A stretch of DNA of 63,652 bases, the filler included, from Octopus bimaculoides (Eukaryota), in assembly GCF_001194135.2 (NCBI RefSeq). It is 5 parts of 4 records of this genome, joined end to end, with 100 filler letters (N's around TTAATTAATTAA, not from the genome) between each part and the next. Parts side by side here need not be neighbours in the genome. Positions count along the whole stretch, not along the records: positions 50,447 to 55,168 come from NC_068982.1; positions 55,269 to 60,754 come from NC_069005.1; positions 60,855 to 63,652 come from NC_068996.1; 2 more parts are not named here. One strand, written 5' to 3'. Position numbers and translations under genes: made by a program. Under the pieces are notes generated by a model. The model was not told the origin of the DNA and ran no database searches. It worked only from the letters and a program-made list of their open reading frames with translations. Each line of letters starts with the position of its first letter. The first letter of the stretch is position 1. Shown piece by piece: positions 52,292 to 63,652 of the stretch.

Positions 52292-53149
52292 ATATCTGTT
52301 CACTTCATTTTGTGAGTTTGTCTCACTGTAGAAAGGTGTGTTTGCTCGCTCCCTCACTTTTCGTTAATTTCATGAGGTTAGTGTTTTGTGTGGCCACCTC
52401 GCCGCTTTTGACTCTTATTTCTAGCAATGCTGGTACTATCTTTGTACTAATTTGCCTTGAGATACTTATTGCTAATGTACCACCCGTATTATAATGTATT
52501 TAATATATTATATTATTTTATTTATGCTATACACTTCGACCGTTTTGAATTAGCACAAGCTTTCAACGGTTTTCTCATGGGTTGCATGAGGCAGACTAAC
52601 TACTCTTTTAACCCGGAGTATCAGCTTGATCCACTATTTGAACTCACAACGTAACGGCAGACGAAATACCGCTAACCATTTCGCCCGGCGTGCTAACGAT
52701 TCTTTTCGTTTCTACTCTAGGCACAGGTCCCGAAATTTTTTTGGCGGGGCCAGTCGATTAAATCGACCCCAGTACGCAACAGGTACTTAATTTATCGACC
52801 CCGAAGGGATGAAAGGCAAAGTCTACCTCAGCGGAATTTGAACTCAGAACGTAAAGAGAGACGAAATATATCGGCGTGCTAACGATTCTGCCAGCTCGCC
52901 GCCATTTATACAACTTACCGTCTGCAGAATTTTTTCTCTTTTAAATGGAAGAGTTTTGAGTGGAGCAACTCTCACTCATGGACCCAACTCACTTTCTTTA
53001 CATTAACTCAAGTACACAACATAGACACGCACGCACTCATAATACGCACACCAGGACATTCACATCGCATGTATAGAGGTGTAATTAGAAATGATAAACA
53101 TCTACTTTTGTCTGTATATATATATACACATATATGTATATACACATAT

Positions 53150-53480
53150 ATCGGTTGGTTTCAGTTAGCAAGCTCTAGAGGTCAGCATAGTCAGCTCCCG
53201 ATCGAAAGGTCACGAGATCGATTCCTGGCGCGTGCTGTGTCCCTGAGCAAGACACTTTATTTTACTTTATTCCTGTCCACTCAACCGGCAATAAAGTGTC
53301 GTACCTGTAATTCAAAGCTCCTGCTTCGTCGCATTCGGTGTCATGCTGAATCTCCCTGCAAGCTCCGTTAAGGGTTCGCGTACCTCTAGAGTACTCAGCC
53401 ACTTGTGCGTTGATTTCACAAGCGAGTTGTTCTTTTGATCGGATCAACTGGGACATTCGTCGTCGCAACTGACGGAATAC
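53150..53480 (+). mobile_element. tRNA-derived SINE (family E)
   Basis: GGTCACGAGATCGATTCCTGG (B-box-like) followed by the CCCTGAGCAAGACACTTTAT core shared with family A. Confidence 0.65.
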
Positions 53481-53909
53481 CACTTTACGCACGCACGCAC
53501 GCACACGCACGCACACACACACATACACACACACACACACACACANNNNNNNNNNNNNNNNNNNNNNNNNNNNNNNNNNNNNNNNNNNNNNNNNNNNNNN
53601 NNNNNNNNNNNNNNNNNNNNNNNNNNNNNNNNNNNNNNNNNNNNNNNNNNNNNNNNNNNNNNNNNNNNNNNNNNNNNNNNNNNNNNNNNNNNNNNNNNNN
53701 NNNNNNNNNNNNNNNNNNNNNNNNNNNNNNNNNNNNNNNNNNNNNNNNNNNNNNNNNNNNNNNNNNNNNNNNNNNNNNNNNNNNNNNNNNNNNNNNNNNN
53801 NNNNNNNNNNNNNNNNNNNNNNNNNNNNNNNNNNNNNNNNNNNNNNNNNNNNNNNNNNNNNNNNNNNNNNNNNNNNNNNNNNNNNNNNNNNNNNNNNNNN
53901 NNNNNNNNA

Positions 53910-54148
53910 GGTACTTAAAGTTGATGCACCAAGTCAGTCCAGTATTATCCGCACAGCTCAAAGTAGGGTGAATAAAATCAAAATATGTAACACGATATCA
54001 AGAAGTGATGCAGTACGACCGTTTCAAGCGGCTCCATTTAATTTAACAATGCAATCATTACATCAATTTAAATGCAGTGCCATCTTCAGCTGCACAAATA
54101 AATTTATTTGAAACAGTCGTACTGCATCACTTCTTGATATCCTGTTGC

Positions 54149-54153
<5 letters not shown>
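53910..54153. repeat. Penelope-like pseudo-LTR with inverted terminal segment
   Basis: 53980-54027 and 54107-54153 are reverse complements. 53910-54000 matches 58090-58190, directly upstream of the Penelope-like RT. Confidence 0.7.
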
Positions 54154-54199
<46 letters not shown>

Positions 54200-54468
54200 A
54201 ATCCATCCATACGCTCACAACCTTTTCTTTGNNNNNNNNNNNNNNNNNNNNNNNNNNNNNNNNNNNNNNNNNNNNNNNNNNTTTTTTTTTTTTTTTTTTT
54301 TTTTTGCCTACAAACAAGCATCAATAGACGCGTCCGCGCGTATGTGTAGGGTGAGGGGGTAAGGTGCTGATGGTAATTTGGTTCTTTTGGGGATGAGTGA
54401 AAGTGCTTGTTGTGTGCACGAATACGCGTTTGCACCATACATGTATACAGAAATACATGTATACAGAG

Positions 54469-54501
<33 letters not shown>

Positions 54502-54518
54502 GAGACACAGAGAGAGAG

Positions 54519-54565
<47 letters not shown>

Positions 54566-57272
54566 TAAAAAGAGAAAGAGATGATATCTAGATATAGATA
54601 TGGACATAGATATCAATGTTAATATACTTACATATGGCTGGTGTGTATTCCTTTGAAGCAGGCTGGCTAAATGTATGCATGAGCGTTTATTTATTCATGT
54701 TTTTAACACTTGTGACGTTTTGTGCGCGTACGAGTGTTGACGTCTCTCCGCCATACTTCTAAAAATCTGCCCAACACAACGAATCACAAATCATGAAATT
54801 AATATGCAAGTTGCAAACAAACGCAGCTATGAACGTAGTTGACACACGTATGTTTGTGTTGGGGGGATGATGGTGTGCCAGAGAGAATGGACGATCGTCA
54901 TAAATAACATCCATTTGGTTTAACAGCTTTTGCAAATGGACGACAAACTGCGGTTTTGTTTATAAAATACACCAGACTTCGTTCGTTCTCAAGGGAGAGT
55001 GATATAGGCTTTCGACTTGATGCCTATCCAAGTTTACTCATGAAAAGTACAAATCCATTTGTAACCATGCACGCCCCCACACATACGTGCGCTCACACAT
55101 ACGCACATAACGTACATGTATAAGTAAATATATACATATATACATGCATATATATATATATATATATANNNNNNNNNNNNNNNNNNNNNNNNNNNNNNNN
55201 NNNNNNNNNNNNTTAATTAATTAANNNNNNNNNNNNNNNNNNNNNNNNNNNNNNNNNNNNNNNNNNNNATATATATACATACATATATACATACATACAC
55301 ACGCATATATATACCGTATTTTAACGTGTACAAGGAACTCTTTTTTATCAATAATTGGATTAAAAAATATAGCAGTTTCTTATACATGGATAGTATTATA
55401 ATCTCTTACAATACCTTTTTTCCAAATGTTAAGCCCCCAAAATTAGGGGATTCCTTATACGTGTATGTGCACGTCTGTATATACATATGTACATACATGC
55501 ATGTATACAAACCTGCATAGATACATGACTTGCCAAAATCACACAAGACCAAACCACACTACCTATAATGCAGCACTCTTTAATTTGTTATTTATCTTTT
55601 ATGGGAAAGATTTCTCTAAAATATTTTCCTTTATGTGGTTTTAATACACATGACTACAGCCAAATCACACATATATTGCCTTCTTTCCATTGATCTAACG
55701 ATCATATGTTTCATGAGAAGGTTTAATGAGAAGGAAACAAGCCAAATATTATCCCCACTGCTTACCAACGGATCAAGCCATCCTTCTCCTCACGACATAA
55801 GTTCCTATTAACTTTAATTCAATATTCTGAGGGAGACATCGTCTTTAAGTAAAAATATTTTTATTTCTTTCACTTGCCTTTCAATGTCTTCGGCAGTGTT
55901 TAATATTATGTTAAACCTCCCTGGATGCACGGATGGTTTTGAATTCATTGAAGCTATTGTACTTCATTGCATTCAATGATGTAAGTATATTTGGAACGTC
56001 GTCGTTATAATTCATTATTGGAACTGGTTTCAATGGTTTTATTGAGTAGTTAATGATTTTTCACTGTTACAGAATAGTGAGCTTTTATTGTGGTCGTAGC
56101 TTTTGTGGTGACACTGGTAAACATCTGGTCTGTGTGCGTGCATATGTGTGTGTGCGTGTAGGTATGTGTGCGTGTGCGCGCTTGCGTGTGCGTGCGTGTG
56201 TGTGTGTGCGTGCGTGTGCATGTGTGCGTATGTGTGTATGTATTTGTGTGTGGAGAGAGAGAAAGTGATGGGAACTGCGGTTGTACGTAGCAGATTGAAT
56301 GTGGAGAATTATGAGACCGTAGAACAGTATTTTAGAGAGGATGAAGAGGATCGAAGAATGATATCAACATCAACAACAACAACGATAATAATAATTATAA
56401 TAATCACAACAATAATGTATAAAGGAAAGAACAAACAATATTGTGCACTGAAAAGAATGAATATTCTGCGTTTTGTACTCTTCAAATTTCAATTAAAGGG
56501 ATGAGACACACATACATACATATATATACTTAATACATACACACATATATACATGAATTCGAGTGCACATCTCACACGCATACATAATGTATGACAAAAT
56601 GAAAACATCATATGTGTGTGTGTGTATGTATATGTATGTGTACATATGTGCTTATTTGTATATTCTTTATTCTTTTACTTGTTTTAGTTATTTGCCTGCG
56701 GCCATGCTGGATCACCGCTTTGCAGGATTTTAGTCGAACAAATCCATCCCAGGACTTATTTTTTCAAGCCTAGTAATTATTCTATCGTTCTCTTTTGCAA
56801 AACCACTAAGTTACGGGGATGTAAACACACCAACACCGGTTGTCAAGTGATGAGAGGGAGAAACACACACACACATACTGTGGGCTTCTTTCAGTATACG
56901 TGAAATAAACCCACTCACAAGGCTTTGGTCAAGCCAAGGCTATAGTAGAAGACACTTGCCAATGGTGCCACACAGTGGGACTGAACCCGGAGCTATGTGG
57001 TTGGGAAGCAAGCNNNNNNNNNNNNNNNNNNNNNNNNNNNNNNNNNNNNNNNNNNNNNNNNNNNNNNNNNNNNNNNNNNNNNNNNNNNNNNNNNNNNNNN
57101 NNNNNNNNNNNNNNNNNNNNNNNNNNNNNNNNNNNNNNNNNNNNNNNNNNNNNNNNNNNNNNNNNNNNNNNNNNNNNNNNNNNNNNNNNNNNNNNNNNNN
57201 NNNNNNNNNNGTAATCACACCAAAATCGATTGTCAAGTGATGGGGGGGGAAGACACAGACGCACAAACACAA

Positions 57273-57307
<35 letters not shown>

Positions 57308-57630
57308 CACATATATGACAGGCCTCTTTTAGTTTCCGTCTACCAAATCCACTCACAGGGCTTTGGTCGGCCCGAGGCTATAGCAGAAAACACTTGCCCG
57401 AGCTGCCACGCAGTGGGACTGAACCCGGAATCATGTGGTTGGGAAGCAAGCTTCTTACCACACGGCTACGCCTGCGCATATATATATTCTTTTATTCCTT
57501 TATTCTTATAAATACTTTTACTCTTTATTCTTCAATTTTACTACTTAATTCTTCTATTTTATTCCTTATAAACTATAATATCTATTCCTTGTAAATTGTA
57601 AATTTTACCCGTTTAAAATATTCATACCTT

Positions 57631-57706
57631 GTCTCTGATGACGGAATACCCAGTGCACGGGCATGCTAACCAACCACTTGGATTATCCCAGAAACGGCTG
57701 TAAGAC
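57631..57706 (+). ncRNA. Type I hammerhead motif with extended helix II
   Basis: GTCT-CTGATGA-cGGAATAcccagtg...cacttggatTATCCCa-GAAA-CGGCTG-TA-AGAC; same helix I and cleavage context as 31074-31121. Confidence 0.6.
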
Positions 57707-58089
57707 TTCAAATTCACCTTACCTAATTAAATTAATCTAAATTACTTGAGATACTCCTTCTGACTTGATTTTCCCTCTAATATAATATACATATGGTATA
57801 ACGGAACTGTAACACGGATCCCTAGATCCAGCCTTCGCTGTGATCTTGGAACCTAATGGTCGACCAACTATAGCACTTACCCAGAGTACCTATTCGTTTA
57901 GATCACAAGCGACCGACAGAATAAGTACTAGGCTTACAAAGAATAAGTCCTGGGGTCGATTTGTTCGACTAAAGGCGGTGCTCCAACATGGCCGCAGTCA
58001 AATGATTGAAACAAATAAAAGATAAGAAAAAGAATGTGTGAGTGTGTGCGTGCGCGCGTGCGCGTGTGTGTAAGAAATAATTGAATTAG

Positions 58090-59750
58090 GTACTTAAGTT
58101 GAAGCTCCAAGTCAGTCCGGTATTATCCGCACAGCTCGAAGTAATGTTAATAAAATCAAAATAAGCAACAGGATACCAAGTAGTGATTGGACTAAAAAGT
58201 TTTAAAAAATTATGATGGAATATGACTTAGCAGATTGGATTGAACCCTTAAAACCATATGAACCAAGGATTAACCGCAAGAACCATAAAAAGAACTTCCA
58301 AGACAATCCTGCTGTTAGACTGATTTGCCCGACTAAGTCTGATACAAGTCGACTTAGCAAATCTATTCTGAATACTATACTACCCCTAATAATTCCTAAT
58401 CTATCTCTAGAATTATGGGTTGATACAGATGAAATGATACATTGGTTCAAATCTATTGAAAATATGCGTAATTATTCGTTTATTCAATTTGATATTAACA
58501 GTTATTATTCTAGTATATCTCCTATTCTTCTTAACAAATCGCCAATTTTCACAAAAAGCATCTCTCTCATAACTAGGGATAAAATTGACATTATTCTTTT
58601 AGCCAGGAAGACTATCATAGAATTTGAGGGTAAGCTATGGACAAGGTCTGACATCCCTGATAATTTCGATATAGCTATGGGCTCGAGTGATTCAGCGGAA
58701 ATTACTAGTCTAGATGTTGCATAACTCTTAAAATGCCTTAATAGTGAAATCTCTGAATTGCAAGGAGGTTTATACAGAGATGATGCTCTATTTATTATCC
58801 CTGGTGACAACAAATCGGTCACAGAATGAATGAGGAAAAGAATTAGAAATTTTTTTTTAAGTTTCAACTTAGGAATTACGTTTAAATATGGCACAAAAGT
58901 GGAAAATTTCTTGGATACTACATTAGACATTAACACAGGATTATATCACCCCTATAGGAAACAGGGGAAGTTACGAGGCATGTGAACAAATCATCAAATC
59001 ACCCCGCTAATACATTAAAATCAGTAGTCAAAAGTATTTCTAAAAGAATTACGAAATTATCAGCAAATAAAGACATTTTTAATACTCATTCCCACCACTA
59101 TAACTTTGCTTTGTCTAAGGCAGGATACAAACATGGAATTACTTTTCATAATCCAGAAAGTATAACACCTACTAACAGTATAAATAATGGGAATTTAAGT
59201 GAGAGGAGAATACAGGCCAACTTGGTCGGAAAAACAGACCTTCTATAAAAACATCCAACAAACCCATCAATTTAGATAAAAAGATAAGTAACAACAGGAA
59301 ATTGGATGCTATAACCAATAGGAATATTAGTTTGTATAATAAATGTAGTGAGGTGATTGAGCAGATTATTCCACTCTCTAATGATAAGAAAAATACTGAT
59401 AGTATAGCTATACCTAATAATCAAGTCGCGAGTTTGGAAGGCGTTGAAAGAGTAGGTAGATTCCGCCCTTTCATACGTAAGAGGTCTGAAAATAATGATT
59501 TTATCTAGTACAATGTTCCCTTCAACCGTGCCATATCCACCAACATATATAAGAAATTTGTGGCAATTTTAGAAAAAAAACTTCCCTGTTTCCCATAGAT
59601 GTAATAGAATATTTTCCCGTAAGACATTTAGAATCTCATATTCTACCCTCGCCAATATAGGTACCATCATAACCAGGTTAAATAGAAAGAATATAACATC
59701 GTCAAGAGGAGTTAATAATAATAATATTATTGTCAACACTAGTTTAAACC
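58090..59750 (+). mobile_element. Decayed Penelope-like element RT (Naiad-type signature)
   Basis: DNPAVRLICPTKSDTSRLSKSIL..., WFKSI....FIQFDINSYYSSI, FDIAMGSSDSAEI, GGLYRDDAL, FLDTTLDI.TG.Y.PYRK, NKSSNHP...KSISKRI..LS, YNVPFN..I.TNI. Stops and frameshifts present. Confidence 0.85.
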
Positions 59751-60854
59751 CATACAATGAGAATAATATTAATGGTGATGTAGGAATTAGAAACAATAGT
59801 ACTAACACATCTAATATGTACAATATAGACTGTGACTCCGATACGGGTGTGAGCTGTGCTCTATGGAAACTTATGAGATTTTTAAGTACAACCTGGTTAA
59901 TAATAGATTAGACGTAAGGGTATCATGGGTGCATAGCGTCACCCGTACATTTAAATATTTTCGAAACTAACGATTATAGGTGCCATACTAGAACTTTGAT
60001 GGTGGAAATTAATTTTGGTGTTGTATCCGTTATAAACTTACCCTTTAGTATTAGATATAATAAAATCACGGGATATTATGTTATATGGTGAATTAAATCG
60101 CATTGCATATGTTATAAGCTATATATTATGGTATGTGGTGTAATACTACCCCATGATAACTCTTGCCTAGCCTATTTTGATGATTACACTATTTTCCTTT
60201 CTATGATGCTCTACCCTACTGATCATATTATGTATATTTGTAGTGACTTTATGTAAGTCTCCTCTCAACTAAATTATATACCCCCTAGAAGCTATAAAAT
60301 CATATATACAATAACACCCGTAACATACAACTTATAAAATCTCTTCGGTCTGAATACCATTAACTGCCCTCACTACTTCCATAACTACTACCCACTCTTT
60401 TCGGATTACCTTTATCTCTTCCCTACCTCAAATTTTAATCCCCAGTCTCTTTAAATGTAGGTTATATGTATTTCTTATTATTTTCTATAAATATTTATTA
60501 TTTTGTTTTCTTATTTTGATATCCTTACCTATTAACCTTTTATCCCTTATAAATTGTTACTGTTCTTAAAAAAATTTCAGTTATTTAAGTCTAAGCGAGA
60601 TGGTTATACCATATCCTTATAAACATATAAATATTTGTGTATGTTTATGTGTGCATGCGTGCAAACATATAAATATGTGTGTATCTGTACACATCTTTAT
60701 TTTTTTTTCTGATTCATGGCTTAAAATTAATATAAATATAGCATGTTTAACTTTNNNNNNNNNNNNNNNNNNNNNNNNNNNNNNNNNNNNNNNNNNNNTT
60801 AATTAATTAANNNNNNNNNNNNNNNNNNNNNNNNNNNNNNNNNNNNNNNNNNNN

Positions 60855-60910
<56 letters not shown>

Positions 60911-61189
60911 GAATACAAATGGGTTAAGATTCACAGAAAACATGAAATATTTCACGAATTTGTTTATATGTATATGTATGTAAAGATGTATATGATATAT
61001 ACCCGTATGTGCTAAGCTCGACCCTTGCCTGATATCCTGAATGTTAAATACCTTTATTTAAATGAATCTATACCTGTAAGGGTAAGAAAAGGTAAAGTTA
61101 CCTTCTCGAGTCCTGTCGATTCATAAGGGCCGGTTTCCCTTTTTCCATGGCTTATAAATTCCCCTCCTGGACAGGACACCAGTCCATCA

Positions 61190-61330
61190 CAGGATTACTA
61201 ATTTTTGCCAGCTGAGAGGTCTGGAGCAACGTGAAATGAAGTGTTTGGTTGAAGAACATAACGTATCGCCCGGTCTAAGAATCTTACGATCATGAGTCCA
61301 ACACCCTAACCACTAAGCCACGCACCTCCA
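61190..61330 (-). mobile_element. tRNA-derived SINE fragment
   Basis: The reverse strand reads GGAGGTGCGTGGCTTAGTGGTTAGGGTGTTGGACTCATGATCGTAAG, a tRNA-like head. Confidence 0.65.
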
Positions 61331-61544
61331 CCAAAAAGGTAATGTTTCCTTATCAAGTCATACAGACTCATTAGGACTGGTTTCCTGTTTTCCATGGCTT
61401 ATATACTCCCCATAAAACCCTTAGCTTTATAGACGACTCGTCATTAGAGCCTGACTAGTCATATATAAAACTAAGCGCTTTTTGGATGCGAAACCTTTGG
61501 TCACTCTGTGACCGGCCATATATTCAACTGCATGTAAATATATA

Positions 61545-62215
61545 CGTGGTCTGATCAAGAAGTATCCGGACTGTTGCTATAGTAACGAAGCTAAAGCACG
61601 CAGAGTAAAGCCGCTTGGTACACATTGACCTTGAACTCTGCGATGCATGCGTTCTAAGTTTTAACGTTCTCGCTCACTTCCGCTGTTTACAGCAGTGCTT
61701 GGATGGAACGTGTGTAACGAGTGACCGTCGCGTTGACCATGACGGAGAAAGTTGAGCAGAGAATCCACGTCAAATTTTGCCAAAAGCTTTGCGATACCTG
61801 CTCAGAGGCCTACGCAAAGTTTTCTAAACGTTTTCATCGTTCTCGACACAATCAAGGAGATCTTGAGCATCTGAAACCCGAGTGTCTTTTTGGTCAGCTG
61901 AAAGCAGTTTTGGCACGAACTTGGCAGACACGCGTTTCATACTCAAATCTTCAGTTATAATGGACTGAACTGAACCGTAACTAATCTGCACATAACTCAC
62001 GGATGGTGATTCGACGATTTCCCCTCACAGCTGCACGCATATCTGCGATGTTTTTCTCAGTTCTGCTGGTTGCAGGTCTCCAAGAACGTTGGTCATTATC
62101 GACATTTTCCCGGACATCTTGGAAACGTCTGAACCACTCATACACTTCTGTGCGGCTCATACACTCCTCTCCATACACTTTCTGCAACTTTGTGTAGGCC
62201 TCTCAGCAGATATAC
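61545..62215. mobile_element. Rearranged mariner transposon (5' TIR and transposase start on +, continuation inverted on -)
   Basis: + strand MTEKVEQRIHVKFCQKLCDTCSEAYAK (ATG 61739). - strand EAYTKLQKVYGEECMSRTEVYEWFRRF...RITIREL...KRVSAKFVPKLLS.DQK. Confidence 0.88.
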
Positions 62216-62378
62216 ATCTATACCCAGCTTATAATTCGTTCTGAAGCATATGTATATTGAGTTCTGTATCAGGTTATTAATCTCGCAATGCCTGTGCATG
62301 TACATATATGTACTTCGGAATGTAAGATATATATAGATATATAGATATATTCATGTATGTATCCACACACACACACAC

Positions 62379-62417
<39 letters not shown>

Positions 62418-62746
62418 GGTGCATGGCTCAGTGGTTAGAGGATCAGGCGCACAATCATGAGGTAGTGAGTTCAATTCCCGTACCGGGCTGTGTGTTGAGT
62501 TTTTAAGCAAGACACTTTATTTCACGTTGCTCAGGTTCACTCAGCTGTAGAAATGAGTCGCGACGTCACTGGTGCCAAGATGTATCGGCTTTTGCCTGTC
62601 CCTTGAACAACGACAGCGGCATAGAGAAAGGAGGCTGGTATGCATTGGTAACTGCTAGTCTTCCATAAGCAGCTTTGCCCGGACTTGTGCCTTGGAGGGA
62701 AACTTTCTACGTGTAATCCCATAGTCATTCATGGCCAAAGGGGCTC
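62418..62746 (+). mobile_element. tRNA-derived SINE (family A)
   Basis: Homologous to 10335-10661 and 51822-52153. Confidence 0.85.
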
Positions 62747-63001
62747 TTTATATATATATATACATATATGCATATATACATGCGTATATGTACATATTTT
62801 ACTTATATNNNNNNNNNNNNNNNNNNNNNNNNNNNNNNNNNNNNNNNNNNNNNNNNNNNNNNNNNNNNNNNNNNNNNNNNNNNNNNNNNNNNNNNNNNNN
62901 NNNNNNNNNNNNNNNNNNNNNNNNNNNNNNNNNNNNNNNNNNNNNNNNNNNNNNNNNNNNNNNNNNNNNNNNNNNNNNNNNNNNNNNNNNNNNNNNNNNN
63001 N

Positions 63002-63052
<51 letters not shown>

Positions 63053-63611
63053 TACACATATATATATTATGTATGTATGCATGTATGTATGGTTGTATAC
63101 TCCTTATGCAAAGTCTGACCACCTCTTGTACGTACACCTTAGATTCATAATGACATCTGGTATAGCTTTTAAAGCCAAACAGTGTATTGAAAAGACACTC
63201 TCATAGATTGCATATCTGATTTGGACCACCAAGAACTGTAGTTAAGTTCTGATCTTTGAGTATCTTAAAAATGTCTTTGGAGGCCTCCGTTAGATTTGTA
63301 GATCTAATAGTATGCACGGCATTGAAAGGTGTGCACAAATGTATAGACAGAGTAGTTGGTGGAAGTTCGATTTTCATGGGTTTGCAAATGAGATTTGTCG
63401 TATATGTATATGTTTATGTGAGTCTTTGTCTGTGTTTGTCCACCCCCAACCCCCGCGATAACTTGACAACCGAAGCTGGTGTGTTCAAGTCCCGGTCTGC
63501 AAAAGAGACTGGCAGAATAAGTACTAGGCTTCCAAAGAATAAGTTCTAGGGTCGATTTGTTCGACTAAAACCCTTTATGTACGTAAAACCATGTATGTAC
63601 GTAACTATACA

Positions 63612-63652
<41 letters not shown>

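Noticed and set aside
58827-58829. In-frame TGA in the Penelope-like RT as possible selenocysteine
   Set aside because: The position corresponds to E-R in the family motif, so CGA-to-TGA deamination explains it. The copy also has a TAA stop and frameshifts.
43619-63206. Long ORF-track entries rich in X or in YI/CV/RE/SL dipeptides
   Set aside because: They are produced by N-gaps and dinucleotide microsatellites.

Overview
This is an AT-rich, microsatellite-dense, gapped animal genomic window. The SINE/LINE repertoire suggests an octopus (coleoid cephalopod); that assignment is an inference from recognised repeat families. The only host gene I can support is the 5' part of BTAF1/Mot1 (TBP-associated factor 172, HEAT-repeat N-terminus) on the minus strand. 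Nine coding exons with GT-AG boundaries and consistent phases lie between 21199 and 2225. One further exon is predicted inside the N-gap 9400-10126, and the gene continues off the left edge. A CpG-retaining promoter-like island lies at about 19.2-21.8 kb. The rest is transposon debris: Tc1, mariner and hAT elements or MITEs, a decayed Helitron RepHel helicase, RTE LINEs, R4/Dong-like and CRE-like retroelements, a Ty3/Gypsy pol fragment, a Penelope-like RT and several tRNA-derived SINE families. The most notable unannotated signals are (i) five loci with minimal type I hammerhead ribozyme motifs, one inside a 392-bp-spaced direct repeat resembling a retrozyme or Penelope pseudo-LTR unit, (ii) a MITE-like element filled with telomere-like TTAGGG variants, present twice, (iii) a CpG-decay domain at 22-44 kb with no recognisable exons, suggesting a hidden transcription unit, and (iv) inverted repeats flanking a frame-symmetric block of BTAF1 exons 3-5, a circRNA/editing candidate. 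No prokaryotic-type system, CRISPR array or novel protein family was found.
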